64,000 bases of DNA. Origin: an uncultured delta proteobacterium (GTDB lineage Bacteria > Desulfobacterota > Binatia > DP-6). Position numbers and translations under genes: made by a program. A model generated the notes under the pieces. The model saw nothing but the letters and a program-made list of their open reading frames with translations, ran no database searches and was not told where the DNA came from. Below, piece by piece: positions 45,291 to 55,486 of this stretch. How positions within the stretch are numbered: position 1 is the first letter of the stretch; every line of letters starts with the position of its first letter. Location of the stretch: assembly GCA_963815115.1 (NCBI GenBank), contig CAWFFN010000005.1, positions 288,001 to 352,000 on the forward strand, written 5' to 3'.

Positions 45291-47060
45291 ATGGCGACGC
45301 TGGTGGCGGTGAACGTGGGTCTGCCGAAGGACGTGCCATGGCGGGGTGCCGCGGTGCACACCGGCGTGTGGAAGCAGGCCGTCAGCGGACCGCGGCTCGT
45401 GCGGCGGCTGAACATCGAGGGCGACGGGCAGGGCGACCTCGCCGGACACGGCGGCGAGCACCGTGCGGTGCTGGTCTATCAGCTCGCGTCCTATCGCTAC
45501 TGGCAGGAGGTGCTCGGCCGCGACGATTTCGTCCACGGGGAGTTCGGAGAGAACTTCACCGTCGACGGCCTTCCCGACGACGAGGTGTGCATCGGCGATC
45601 GCTATCGCATCGGCGACGCCGAGTTCGAGGTCAGCCAGCCGCGCGTCACCTGCTACCGCGTGGGCCTGCGGATGAACGAGCCCCGCATGGCCGCCCTGCT
45701 GGTCGCGCACCGGCGGCCCGGGTTCTATATCCGCGTGCTGCGCGAGGGACGGGTGCAGGCGGGCGACGAGATCGTGAAGATCGCGCCGGGTCCCGAGGCG
45801 ATGAGCGTCGCGGAGATCGACGCGCTGCTCTACCTGCCCGGCCATCCCCGCGAACGGCTCGCCGCCGCGCTGCGCATCCCGGCGCTCAGCCCGGGCTGGA
45901 AGGCGTCCCTGCAGGCGCTTCTCGACCAGGCCACCGGAGTCGGCGGCGGGCCGACCGGCAATCCTGGCCTCAACGACGTGGCCGCCGGTCCGCCGCCAGC
46001 CTGGAGCGGATTCAGGCCCTTGAAGGTCGTCCGCGTCGAAGCCGAGAGCAGGAGCGTGCGCTCGTTGGTGCTCGCGGACCCCGACGGTGCGTCGCTGCCA
46101 GCGGCGCTCCCCGGCCAGTTCCTCACCGTGCGGTTGCGGCGCGAGGCCGCCGCCCCGCCGCTCATCCGCAGCTACTCGCTCTCGGGCCGACCGGGCGCGG
46201 CGGAGTACCGGATCAGCGTGAAGCAGGAAGCCCACGGCGCCGGCAGCACGTACATGCACACGCGGGTCCGCGTGGGCGACACCCTCGACGTCGCGGCGCC
46301 GCGCGGCACCTTCACGCTGCGCGACGGCGACGGCCCGGTGCTCCTGCTGTCGGCGGGTGTCGGTGCCACGCCGGTGGTGGCCATGCTGCACATGCTCGCG
46401 GCCGGGCGTACGAGGCGCGAGGTGTGGTGGCTGCACGGCGCCCGCGACGGCTCCGAGCACGCGTTCGGCGCGGAGGTGCGGGCGTTGCTCGCCGGGCTCC
46501 CGAAGGCGCATTCGCAGATCTGCTACAGCCGGCCCGCGCCCGCCGATCGCCAGGGTCGTGACTACGACGTTGCCGGACGGCTGTCCGCGGAGCTGTTCGA
46601 AAAGGTCGGACTGTCGCGCGACGCCGACGCCTACCTGTGCGGCCCCACCGCGTTCATGCAGGACCTCGGCGCCGCGCTCGCCGCCTACGGCCTCGACCGC
46701 TCACGGATTCGCACGGAGATCTTCGGCGCGGGGCCGTCCATGACTCCCGGGGTGGTCGCCCCGGACGTCCGCCCGCCACATCAACCCGACGGCGCTCCCG
46801 GCACCGGTCCGTCGGTCTCCTTCGCACGCAGCGGGATCACGACCAGCTGGGATGCCAGATACGCGAGCCTGCTCGAGCTGGCGGAGGCGTGCAGCGTGCC
46901 GACACGCTGGTCGTGCCGCACGGGGGTGTGTCACAACTGCGAGAGCGGCCTGCTGTCGGGAACGGTGGCGTACTCGCCCGACCCGGTGGAGTCGCCGGCC
47001 GACGGCAATCTCCTGATCTGCTGCTCGCAGCCGCGCGGCGACGTCGTCCTCGACCTGTAG
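45291..47060 (+). CDS. MOSC + FAD/NAD-binding reductase + [2Fe-2S] ferredoxin fusion
   Basis: GENFT, SQPRVTCYR; RSYSLS, AGVGATP, YLCGP; WSCRTGVCHNC...ICC. Confidence 0.92.
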   Translation: MATLVAVNVGLPKDVPWRGAAVHTGVWKQAVSGPRLVRRLNIEGDGQGDLAGHGGEHRAVLVYQLASYRYWQEVLGRDDFVHGEFGENFTVDGLPDDEVCIGDRYRIGDAEFEVSQPRVTCYRVGLRMNEPRMAALLVAHRRPGFYIRVLREGRVQAGDEIVKIAPGPEAMSVAEIDALLYLPGHPRERLAAALRIPALSPGWKASLQALLDQATGVGGGPTGNPGLNDVAAGPPPAWSGFRPLKVVRVEAESRSVRSLVLADPDGASLPAALPGQFLTVRLRREAAAPPLIRSYSLSGRPGAAEYRISVKQEAHGAGSTYMHTRVRVGDTLDVAAPRGTFTLRDGDGPVLLLSAGVGATPVVAMLHMLAAGRTRREVWWLHGARDGSEHAFGAEVRALLAGLPKAHSQICYSRPAPADRQGRDYDVAGRLSAELFEKVGLSRDADAYLCGPTAFMQDLGAALAAYGLDRSRIRTEIFGAGPSMTPGVVAPDVRPPHQPDGAPGTGPSVSFARSGITTSWDARYASLLELAEACSVPTRWSCRTGVCHNCESGLLSGTVAYSPDPVESPADGNLLICCSQPRGDVVLDL

Positions 47061-47066
47061 GCGCCG

Positions 47067-47879
47067 TCAGTTCGCTCCGAGCGCGCGGTCGATGAACGAG
47101 GTCAACGCGGCCAGGACCTCGTCGCGGTTGATCTCGTTCAGGACCTCGTGCCGTGCGCCCGGGTAGGTGATCGACTCGAGCCGCTCGCCGCCGATGCGCT
47201 CGATCGCCGCACGCGTGTCGGCCAGCGGTACCAGCGGATCGTCTTCCCCGTGCAGCCAGAGTGTGGGCAGCGCTCCGAGCGGCGGCCCGTCGGCGATGGC
47301 GCTGACCGCGCCGACCATCGCGGCGAGCGTGGCGCGCCGGAAGGGTCCATGCCAGACCAGCGGGTCGTCCATGTACGCGCTTCCGACCTCCGGGTCGCGC
47401 GACAGCGACGACGGGTCGATCGGCACCTCGGGAAGCGGATCCATCGTGAGGAGCATCTCGATCGCGGGATTGCCGCCGATCGCCGGCCCGGAGAGCACGA
47501 GGGCGGCGAGGCGACTGCCGTGGAGCTGGGCGAACCGCGTCGCCAGCAGGCCGCCCATCGAGTGGCCGATGAGGACGAGCGGAAGCCCCGGATGATCGCC
47601 GCGGGCCTTGCGCGCCACCGCGTCGAGGTCGGCCACCATGTCGTCGACGCGCTCGACCAGCGCGCGCTCGCCTTCCGAGCGCCCGTGCCCGAGATGATCG
47701 GGTGCGTACACCGCCGCGCCGTGGCGGACGAGGTGATCCGCGACGTGGGCATAGCGCTGCGCGTGCTCGCCGTAGCCGTGTGCGATCAGCGCCAGGTGGC
47801 GCGGGTGCTCGCACGGCCACTCGTGCAGCACGATGCGGCCGCGGGCGCCGGGAAGCTCGGTGAGCCGGGGTCCTGACAT
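47067..47879 (-). CDS. Alpha/beta hydrolase (lysophospholipase/monoacylglycerol lipase)
   Basis: HGYGEH, DHLGHGRS, GHSMGG, HGEDD, RHEVLNE. Confidence 0.92.
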   Translation of the reverse strand: MSGPRLTELPGARGRIVLHEWPCEHPRHLALIAHGYGEHAQRYAHVADHLVRHGAAVYAPDHLGHGRSEGERALVERVDDMVADLDAVARKARGDHPGLPLVLIGHSMGGLLATRFAQLHGSRLAALVLSGPAIGGNPAIEMLLTMDPLPEVPIDPSSLSRDPEVGSAYMDDPLVWHGPFRRATLAAMVGAVSAIADGPPLGALPTLWLHGEDDPLVPLADTRAAIERIGGERLESITYPGARHEVLNEINRDEVLAALTSFIDRALGAN

Positions 47880-47984
47880 GCGCGGACAGTCCTTCGGGAC
47901 GGGCGTCGCGGTCAAGCGACCCGGGCAGCCCTGCCGGCCGGTCTGCGGGTTGCCAGGCGGGCCTCGAGTCTGCAAGGTCGATCC

Positions 47985-48515
47985 ATGTCCCTGCTGCGCT
48001 TCCTCGGAATCGGCCACGATGCACCGGCGAGGGGTGCCGGTGAGACCGAGACCGTCCGCCGTGTCGTCGCCGCGCTCGAGCGCATGGAGCCCGAGGCGGC
48101 GCGCCGTCTCGCCTGTTTTGCCTACGTCCTCGGTCGCGTCGCGGGCGCGGATCGGAGAGTGAGCCCCGAGGAGATGGGGATCATGGAGCGGACCATGATG
48201 GAGCGCGGCGACCTGGCGCAGGAGCAGGCGGCGCTCGTCGTGCAGATCGCCAGGGATCAACAGGCGCGGTCCGGCGGCACGGAGGACTACCTCGTGACCC
48301 GCGAGTTCGCGTCCATCGCCTCCCGCGAGCAGAAGCTCGCGCTCCTGAGCTGCTGCATGGCCGTGGCGGCCGTCGACGCCGAGGTGTCGGGCTCCGAGGA
48401 CGACGTCGTGCGCGAGATCGCGAGCGAGCTCGGCCTCTCCCACGCCGACTTCATCGCCGCTCGCACGGCCCATCGCGATGCGCTGGCCGTCCTGAAGGAC
48501 CCTCCCCGGACCTGA
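47985..48515 (+). CDS. TerB family protein (duplicated domain)
   Basis: VAGADRRVSPEE and VAAVDAEVSGSE..I.SELGL motifs. Confidence 0.8.
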   Translation: MSLLRFLGIGHDAPARGAGETETVRRVVAALERMEPEAARRLACFAYVLGRVAGADRRVSPEEMGIMERTMMERGDLAQEQAALVVQIARDQQARSGGTEDYLVTREFASIASREQKLALLSCCMAVAAVDAEVSGSEDDVVREIASELGLSHADFIAARTAHRDALAVLKDPPRT

Positions 48516-48523
48516 CGGGGAGC

Positions 48524-48736
48524 TCAGTCGCGCTTCCGCTCCAGGTTGGCCGCGACCGCGGCAAACACCTCGTCCCAGAGAATCGCGTGCACCTCTGGCG
48601 CCGAGTAGCCGGATGCGACGATCCTCCCGGCGATGAAGCGGTAGGCCGGCTCGTCCAGCGCGGCATCCAGGAACAGGTCCGCCAGCGCCTCCCACACCGG
48701 GCGCCTGCGCTCCAGGTCTCGATCCGGGGGCAGCAT
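48524..48736 (-). pseudogene. Small conserved hypothetical protein, probably C-terminally truncated
   Basis: RRPVWEALADLFLD...SGYS..E...IL..EV pattern; ends at 70 aa. Confidence 0.4.
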
Positions 48737-48905
48737 CGCGGACGAGAAGGTCTAGCGGTCGCGGCGCTGGGCGAGGCGGGACATCGATGGTCACGCTAGA
48801 CCTGCACATCGTGCGTGTCCAGGGTGCGTGCCGCGGGGCCACCCGCCGGCTTGCTCGACAAGGAGCGTCCAGCTACCTCCGGCTCGGCAGAGAAAGGGGG
48901 GCGCG

Positions 48906-49697
48906 ATGCGGATCGAAGGTCGGACGGCGCTGGTGACCGGGGCAACCGGCGGTATCGGTCATGCGATCGCGCGGAGTCTTGCCGGGCGCCGGGCGAAGCT
49001 CGTCCTCACCGGCCGGCAGACGGACGTGCTGGGCCGGCTGGCGCGAGAGCTCGAGGCGCAGGTCTTCGCGGTCGATCTGGCGGATCGCCGCTCGCTCGAT
49101 CACCTGATCGAACGCACGGAGGCCGTGGACATCCTGGTCGCCAATGCCGCCCTTCCCGCGAGCGGCCGGCTCGCTGCGCTCACGGACGACGAGATCGACG
49201 CGGCGCTCGACGTCAACCTGCGTGCTCCGATCTTCCTCGCGCGCAGCCTCGCGATCCGGATGATGGCGCGTCGCTCGGGTCACCTCGTCTTCATCAACTC
49301 ACTCTCCGGCAAGGTCGCGGCTCCCGGCTCGTCGCTCTACAACGCCACCAAGTTCGGCTTGCGCGGCTTCGCCCAGAGCCTGCGCCAGGAGCTGCACGGG
49401 ACGGGAGTCGGCGTGTCGACGATCTTTCCCGGCTTCATTCGCGAGGCCGGGATGTTCGCCCGGAGCGGCGTCGTGCTGCCGAAGGGAGTCGGAACGCGCT
49501 CGCCCGAAGAGGTCTCGTCCGCGGTCGTGCAGGCGATCGAGCACGACCAGGGCGAGGTCGACGTGGCCCCCGCCGGCCTCCGCGCCGGCGCACTCGTGGC
49601 CGGCGTTGCGCCGGCGGTCTCGGCGACGCTGCAGCGCTGGCTCGGCGCCGGGAAGATCGCCGACGACATCGCCCGCGGCCAGCGCGGCGCGCGCTGA
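48906..49697 (+). CDS. Short-chain dehydrogenase/reductase
   Basis: TGATGGIG, VANA, Y..TK. Confidence 0.92.
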   Translation: MRIEGRTALVTGATGGIGHAIARSLAGRRAKLVLTGRQTDVLGRLARELEAQVFAVDLADRRSLDHLIERTEAVDILVANAALPASGRLAALTDDEIDAALDVNLRAPIFLARSLAIRMMARRSGHLVFINSLSGKVAAPGSSLYNATKFGLRGFAQSLRQELHGTGVGVSTIFPGFIREAGMFARSGVVLPKGVGTRSPEEVSSAVVQAIEHDQGEVDVAPAGLRAGALVAGVAPAVSATLQRWLGAGKIADDIARGQRGAR

Positions 49698-49748
49698 TCC
49701 CGCGGCCGCGTGTTGACGTTCGCCCGCGACGCGTGGCAAGCCGCCGAC

Positions 49749-50933
49749 ATGGCGACGTACGGACTGGACGACGACGGCCGCGCGCTGCGCGCGCGCATGC
49801 GGCGCTTCATCGACGACACGGTCATCCCGGCGGAGCGGATGCTCGGCCGCGAGGACGCCGAGTCGGCCGCCACGATGCGGCGGCTCAAGGAGACCGCGAA
49901 GCGCGAGGGTCTGTGGGCCCTGGGACATCCGAAGGAGATCGGCGGCGGCGGCGTGCCGTTCATGCCGTTCGTGTTCCTGAACGAGGTGATCGGGCGCTCG
50001 CACTGGGGGCAGGCGGCGGTCGGCACGCTCTCGATGCAGGACTCCATCATGCTCCACCTCTACGGCAGCCCCGAGCAGCAGCGGCGCTGGCTCGAGCCGC
50101 TCGTGGCCGGCGACATCTATCCCTCGGTGGGTCTCACGGAGCCCGAGGTCGCCGGCTCCGATCCGACGCTCATGCAGTCGACCGCGCGGCTGGACGGCGA
50201 TCACTGGGTGATCAACGCGCACAAGTGGTTCACCAGCGGCGCCAACCGCGCCGCCTTCACGACCATCTTCGCCATCACCGAGCCGGAGGCCCCGGCGCAC
50301 GGGCGGTTCTCGTCCATCATCGTGCCCACCGACGCGCCGGGCTACGAGATCGTGCGCGTCGTGCCCACCATGGGGCACACCGGGGGAGGGCACTGCGAGA
50401 TCCGGCTGACCGACGTGCGGGTGCCGAAGGAGAACCTGCTCGGGGAACGCGGGCAGGGATTCGTCGTGGCGCAGAAGCGACTCGGTCCGGGACGCATCTT
50501 TCACTGCATGCGGTGGCTCGGGCAGGCGGAGCGCGCCTTCGAGCTCATGTGCGAGCGAGCGAAGAGCCGCTTCGCCCACGGATCGCTGCTGGCCGAGAAG
50601 GGCGAGATCCAGCGTTACATCGCCGAATCGGCGGCGGAGATCCAGGCGGCTCGCCTGATGACGCTGGATGCCGCGCGCGCCATGGACGAGGGCAGCGAGG
50701 CGCGCGTCGAGATCGCGCTCATCAAGTTCTGGGGGGCGCGCATGCTGCACGACGTGATCGATCGCGCCATCCAGGTGCACGGGGCCCTCGGCGTGACCGG
50801 CGACACCCCGCTCGAGTTCATGTATCGCGAAGCGCGCTACGCGCGGCTCTACGACGGACCCGACGAGGTGCACCGCATGGTGGTCGCCCGCCGCCTGCTG
50901 AAGGATCCGGTCGCCGGCACGCCCTGGTCGTGA
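49749..50933 (+). CDS. Acyl-CoA dehydrogenase
   Basis: LTEPEVAGSD, HKWFTSG, RLGPGRI.HC, IQVHGALG, YDGPDEVH. Confidence 0.93.
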   Translation: MATYGLDDDGRALRARMRRFIDDTVIPAERMLGREDAESAATMRRLKETAKREGLWALGHPKEIGGGGVPFMPFVFLNEVIGRSHWGQAAVGTLSMQDSIMLHLYGSPEQQRRWLEPLVAGDIYPSVGLTEPEVAGSDPTLMQSTARLDGDHWVINAHKWFTSGANRAAFTTIFAITEPEAPAHGRFSSIIVPTDAPGYEIVRVVPTMGHTGGGHCEIRLTDVRVPKENLLGERGQGFVVAQKRLGPGRIFHCMRWLGQAERAFELMCERAKSRFAHGSLLAEKGEIQRYIAESAAEIQAARLMTLDAARAMDEGSEARVEIALIKFWGARMLHDVIDRAIQVHGALGVTGDTPLEFMYREARYARLYDGPDEVHRMVVARRLLKDPVAGTPWS

Positions 50934-50974
50934 CCCACCGTTGACCGGACGGCGCGGGTCGCCCAGAAGGACGG

Positions 50975-51802
50975 ATGCAAACCCTCCACGGAAAGCGCGT
51001 GCTGGTGACCGGGGCGGCCTCGGGCATCGGAAGAGCGATCGCCGAACGCGTCGCCGCCGAGGGCGCCGAGCTGCTCCTGGTGGACGTGAATCCGCGCGCG
51101 CTCGAGGAGGCGGGGGCGAGCCTGGCGCGCGGCGGCGCGAGCGTGCGCACCTACGTGCTCGACGTGACGGACACGTCTCGCATGGTGGGCCTGCACGAGC
51201 AGATCACTCGCGACGGCGGTCCGATCGACGTCCTGGTGAACAACGCCGGCCTGGTCTTCGGCGGCGCGTTCCTCGACGTGCCGCTCGAGCAGCACCTCAC
51301 CACCTACCGGGTGAACACGATCGGTCTGGTGGCCATGACGTACGCCTTCCTGCGCGATCTCATCGCCGGGCGCGACGGCCACGTGGTCAACGTGGCGAGC
51401 GCGTCGGCGTTCATCGGGCTGCCCTTCGGCGCCACCTACGCCTCGAGCAAGTGGGCGGTGCTGGGCTTCTCCGAATCGCTCGCCCTCGAGCTCGAGCTCC
51501 AGGGCCACCGGCACGTGCACGTCACGGCCGTGTGCCCGAGCTACGTGGCGACGGGACTCTTCGACGGCGCGCGGGCCCCCCGCACCACGCGCATACTGAC
51601 TCCGGAGCGCGTCGCCGACCTCACCGTGCGCGCGGTGCTCGCGAATCGCCCGGTCATGCGCACGCCGTGGCTCGTGCGCGCGACGCCGGCGCTGAAAGGC
51701 CTGGTGCCGTTTCGCGTCTTCTACCGGGTGGCGGCCCTGCTCGGAGTGAACACGAGCATGATGGCCTGGCGAGGCCGCGGGCCGGGCGGGGGCGCGCGCT
51801 AG
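50975..51802 (+). CDS. Short-chain dehydrogenase/reductase
   Basis: TGAASGIG, VNNAG, YASSK. Confidence 0.92.
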   Translation: MQTLHGKRVLVTGAASGIGRAIAERVAAEGAELLLVDVNPRALEEAGASLARGGASVRTYVLDVTDTSRMVGLHEQITRDGGPIDVLVNNAGLVFGGAFLDVPLEQHLTTYRVNTIGLVAMTYAFLRDLIAGRDGHVVNVASASAFIGLPFGATYASSKWAVLGFSESLALELELQGHRHVHVTAVCPSYVATGLFDGARAPRTTRILTPERVADLTVRAVLANRPVMRTPWLVRATPALKGLVPFRVFYRVAALLGVNTSMMAWRGRGPGGGAR

Positions 51803-52182
51803 GGCTCGGCCTCGCCGCCGGTCAGACGGATCATCGCCCGCACGAGCCGCTCCGCTTCGACCGGCTTGTCGAATCGTGGATGCCCGCGCAGGTGCTCGGG
51901 GAGCAGCTCCTCGCCGCCGTAGCCACTCAGGAACACGAAGGGGACGCCGCGGGTCTGCAGGTGCTCCGCGAGCGGGACCACGCTCGTGCCGTTGAGGTTG
52001 ATGTCGAGCACGGCGATGTCCACCGGACTGGCGGCGAGCACATCGTGCGCGCGCTGCACGGACGGCACGATGGCCGAAACCGAGCCGCCGTACCCGTCGA
52101 TGAGGAATCGGAGCGCATCGGCGACGACGAAGTTGTCCTCCACGATGAGCACCCTCGCCCCGCCCAGCGACAGCGTCTTCAT
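51799..52182 (-). CDS. Single-domain response regulator
   Basis: LIVEDN, VLDINL, FLSGY, KP. Confidence 0.9.
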   Translation of the reverse strand: MKTLSLGGARVLIVEDNFVVADALRFLIDGYGGSVSAIVPSVQRAHDVLAASPVDIAVLDINLNGTSVVPLAEHLQTRGVPFVFLSGYGGEELLPEHLRGHPRFDKPVEAERLVRAMIRLTGGEAEP

Positions 52183-53441
52183 CCGACCACCGCCGGGACG
52201 GGAATCTGGATCTCGCAGCGCACCCCCTGGGCGAGAAAGCGGAGCATGACCGCTCCCTCGGCTTCGTAGGCCAGCGCCTCCTCGATCAGCCTCGTTCCGA
52301 AGCCGCGGCGCAGAGGCTGGGAGACGCGCGGACCGGCGTGCTCGCTCCAGCAGATGCGCAGGCGCTGGGCGCCGTTGGAATCGAGCCGCGACGAGATCGC
52401 GACCCGCCCCTCCTTGGTGGAGAGGGCGCCGTACTTGGCGGCGTTCGTCGCCAGCTCGTGCAGCGTCATGCCGAGCACGCGAACCAGCTCGGACGAGACG
52501 AAGGTCCCGTCGCATTCGACCGAGACGCTCTCCGCGTGGTGGCGGTACGGCCCCACGACCAGCTCGATCAGCTCGGTCAGGGTGAGCCCTTCCCATCGGC
52601 GGTCGGCCAGCGCGATATGGATGCGCGCGATGGCCTGGATGCGCCCGTAGAACGCCTCGCTGAACTCGCCCATCGTGGACGACGCGCGCACCGTCTGGTC
52701 GGCCACCGCTTGTACCGTCGCCAGCGTGTTCTTCACCCGGTGGTCGAGCTCGCGCACGGCGAAGCGCAGCGCATCCTCCGTTCGGCGATGCTGCTGGATC
52801 TCCTCCTCGAGCCGCCGGTTGGCGTCGCGCAGGCTCTCCTCCCGGCTCGCGCGGTCGCGTTCTGCGCGCGCGACGGCAGCACGCTGGCGTCGCAGTGCGT
52901 GCGAGATGAAGACCGTCGCACCGAGCGTGGGCGCGATCGCGCCGATGTTCTCCAGCCAGAAGTTCCGCGGCGACTGGACGATCGTTCCCACGGTCCAGAT
53001 GCCGGTCGCGGCGACCAGCACGACGCTCAGCAGCTGCCATACCGGATTCCACGGCACCAGCGTGCCCGTCACGACCGAGAGGCCGACGAGGAGGACGATC
53101 GGGCTGGTCGCGTCCGCGGCGACGATGCCGACCGCTCCGACCGCCAGCACGGTGACGGCATAGGCCAGGAAGGAGAGGGCGAGGTTGGAGACCCGGCGGG
53201 CCGGGTCGTGCAGGAAGCGCAGCACGATCGCGACGCTGACGAAGTTGATCGCCTGCACGAGGCTGATCATCGGGCGCTCCCCGGGATGGAAGACCAGCTC
53301 CCCCAGGAACACGATCGCGATGCCGGCGAGGAGCAGCCGCCCGCCCAGCCGGACGCGCTCGACGAAGAGACGATCGTCGGCCTCGCCGGGATCCGACGAA
53401 CCGCCGAGCTGAGTCGCCAGCCACGATTCGGATCGCGACAC
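52179..53441 (-). CDS. Membrane-bound HWE-family histidine kinase
   Basis: ELDHRVKN, HELATNAAKYGALS, WSE, GFG; several TM helices; GGGAGG SD before GTG 53441 (longest ORF starts 53465). Confidence 0.9.
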   Translation of the reverse strand: MSRSESWLATQLGGSSDPGEADDRLFVERVRLGGRLLLAGIAIVFLGELVFHPGERPMISLVQAINFVSVAIVLRFLHDPARRVSNLALSFLAYAVTVLAVGAVGIVAADATSPIVLLVGLSVVTGTLVPWNPVWQLLSVVLVAATGIWTVGTIVQSPRNFWLENIGAIAPTLGATVFISHALRRQRAAVARAERDRASREESLRDANRRLEEEIQQHRRTEDALRFAVRELDHRVKNTLATVQAVADQTVRASSTMGEFSEAFYGRIQAIARIHIALADRRWEGLTLTELIELVVGPYRHHAESVSVECDGTFVSSELVRVLGMTLHELATNAAKYGALSTKEGRVAISSRLDSNGAQRLRICWSEHAGPRVSQPLRRGFGTRLIEEALAYEAEGAVMLRFLAQGVRCEIQIPVPAVVG

Positions 53442-53554
53442 GGTGAAGCCTCCCGCCGTCAGCATCCCAGTTCGGGGAGAATGATGTCAACGCACCGGTG
53501 CCAGCCACCCGCCACGCTCGCCGGCTGCGGGGCGCACGTGCTACACGCAACGCC

Positions 53555-54331
53555 ATGTCGTCCCTCCGCGACCGCATCGTCGACCAGTTCACGCGCCAGG
53601 CGGTGCCGTTCTCGACGGCCCCCGGGATCCGCGACGAGGCCGCGCTCCAGCTGCTCGTCGAGGCGAGCGGTGCGGGCGCCGGGGACACGGTGCTCGACGT
53701 CGCCTGCGGACCGGGCCTGGTGGTGTGCGCGTTCGCGCGCGTCGTACGGCACGCGACCGGGATCGACGTCACGCCGGCGATGCTCGAGCGGGCGCGCACC
53801 GTGGCAGCGGAGGCAGGCGTCAGCAACGTCACCTGGCAGCAGGGCGAGGTGCTCCCGCTGCCGTTCCCGGACGGAAGCTTCTCGATCGTGGTGTCGCGTT
53901 TCGCCTTCCACCACTTCGAGCGGCCGGCGGCCGTTCTGGCCGAGATGCGCCGCGTGTGCCGGCCGGGCGGTCGCGTCGTCGTGTGCGACCTGACGGCGTC
54001 GGACGACCCGCGCAAGGCGGCGCGCTTCCACGAGATCGAGATGCTGCGCGACCCCTCGCACGTCGGGGCGCTCACCCTTGCCGACCTGACCGCGCTCTTC
54101 CCGACCGTCGGGCTCCCCGCGCCGCAGGCGACGTTCTACCGCTTGCCGTTCGAGCTCGAGGGCCTGCTGGAGCGCTCGTTTCCCCGTCCCGAGGACGTCG
54201 CGACGATCCGGGCCGCGTACAGGGCCGCGGTCGCGGACGACGGGCTCGGGCTCGGCACGCGTCTCGTCGGCGACGAGGTACGCGCGGCGTATCCGGTCGT
54301 GATCCTCTCCGCCCCGGCGCGTCCCCGATAG
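53555..54331 (+). CDS. Class I SAM-dependent methyltransferase (UbiE-like)
   Basis: VLDVACGPG, LPFPDGSF, AFHHF, RDPSH. Confidence 0.92.
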   Translation: MSSLRDRIVDQFTRQAVPFSTAPGIRDEAALQLLVEASGAGAGDTVLDVACGPGLVVCAFARVVRHATGIDVTPAMLERARTVAAEAGVSNVTWQQGEVLPLPFPDGSFSIVVSRFAFHHFERPAAVLAEMRRVCRPGGRVVVCDLTASDDPRKAARFHEIEMLRDPSHVGALTLADLTALFPTVGLPAPQATFYRLPFELEGLLERSFPRPEDVATIRAAYRAAVADDGLGLGTRLVGDEVRAAYPVVILSAPARPR

Positions 54332-54341
54332 GCGCCGTGAC

Positions 54342-55463
54342 TCAGGCCAGCTTGTAGAGCCTCGCCGCGTTCAGGGCGCAGAGCTTGCGACGCTCGTCGG
54401 CCGGCACGTCGCGCATCATGTCGTCGACCACGCGGCGGGTCTCCGGCCAGTCGCAGCCGTGGTGCGGGTAGTCGGTGGACCACAGCATGTTGTCGACCCC
54501 GATGACGTGGCGGTTCTTGACCGCGTAGTGGTCGATCATGAAGCTCGCGCGCCAGTTGCGATGGAAGTAGAAGCTGGGCTCGTGCTTGAGCTTCACGGGC
54601 AGCCACCCGCGGTTGCGCCACCAGCGGTCGTCGAGCTGCTCCAGGATGTAGGGAATCCAGCCGCAGCCGGTCTCGACCGCGACCCAGATCAGGTCGGGAA
54701 AGCGGTCGTGCACCCCCGAGCTGATGATCTCCGACATGTCGGTGATCATGTCGGCCGCCCCCACGGTGGCGAGGCCGGTGAGGTCGTCGCCGCGCACGCC
54801 CTTGGGCCTGGGCTTGTTGATCTTCCGCATGACGCGGACGTGGAAGTGCACGGCGACGCCGTTCGCCTGCGCGGCCGCCCAGAACTCGTCGTCCTCGGGG
54901 CGAATGGCGGCGCCGACGCTCGGCATGGTGTTCAGCCACACGCCGCGGAAGCCGAGCTTCAGACAGCGCTCCATCTCGCGGATGGCGGCCTCGACGCCGA
55001 GCGCCGGGATGCAGGCGAGTCCGATCAGCCGGGAGGGATCGACGCTCACGACCTCCTCGGCGAGCCAGTTGTTGTAGGCCTGCACGCCGGCGAGATGGAA
55101 CTCGGGATCGGGGTCGGAGAAGAAGTGACTCATCATGCGCGCCGAGCCGAACAGCACCTCGGCGTCGACGCCGTCGACGTCCTGCTCCTCGAGGCGCGGG
55201 CCGCCGCGGAAGTTGCCCTGGTTGGCGGTGGCGAACGTGACGCCCGTCCAGCGCACCTCCTCGTGCTTGCGGCCGGCGGAGGCGTAGATGCCGATGGGCG
55301 CCGGCGGCACGTCGGGAGCGAACTGCCAGGCCTCGCCGCCGTCGCCGTCGGACACCACGCGCGGCACCTTGTCGTGGAACTTCTTCGCGACGTACGTGAC
55401 CCAGATGTGCGGCGGCTCGAGGACGTGCGAGTCGGCGGAGATGAGCTGGTAGTCGCGGGGCAT
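54342..55463 (-). CDS. Amidohydrolase family protein (Amidohydro_2)
   Basis: ISADSHVLEP, AYNNWLAE, ETGCGW.P, WSTDYPH, NAARLY. Confidence 0.92.
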   Translation of the reverse strand: MPRDYQLISADSHVLEPPHIWVTYVAKKFHDKVPRVVSDGDGGEAWQFAPDVPPAPIGIYASAGRKHEEVRWTGVTFATANQGNFRGGPRLEEQDVDGVDAEVLFGSARMMSHFFSDPDPEFHLAGVQAYNNWLAEEVVSVDPSRLIGLACIPALGVEAAIREMERCLKLGFRGVWLNTMPSVGAAIRPEDDEFWAAAQANGVAVHFHVRVMRKINKPRPKGVRGDDLTGLATVGAADMITDMSEIISSGVHDRFPDLIWVAVETGCGWIPYILEQLDDRWWRNRGWLPVKLKHEPSFYFHRNWRASFMIDHYAVKNRHVIGVDNMLWSTDYPHHGCDWPETRRVVDDMMRDVPADERRKLCALNAARLYKLA

Positions 55464-55486
55464 GTGGCGGGACCCTCCGGCGGGGC

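Noticed and set aside
47985-48515. Tellurite-resistance or defence operon
   Set aside because: Lone TerB-family gene without other ter genes
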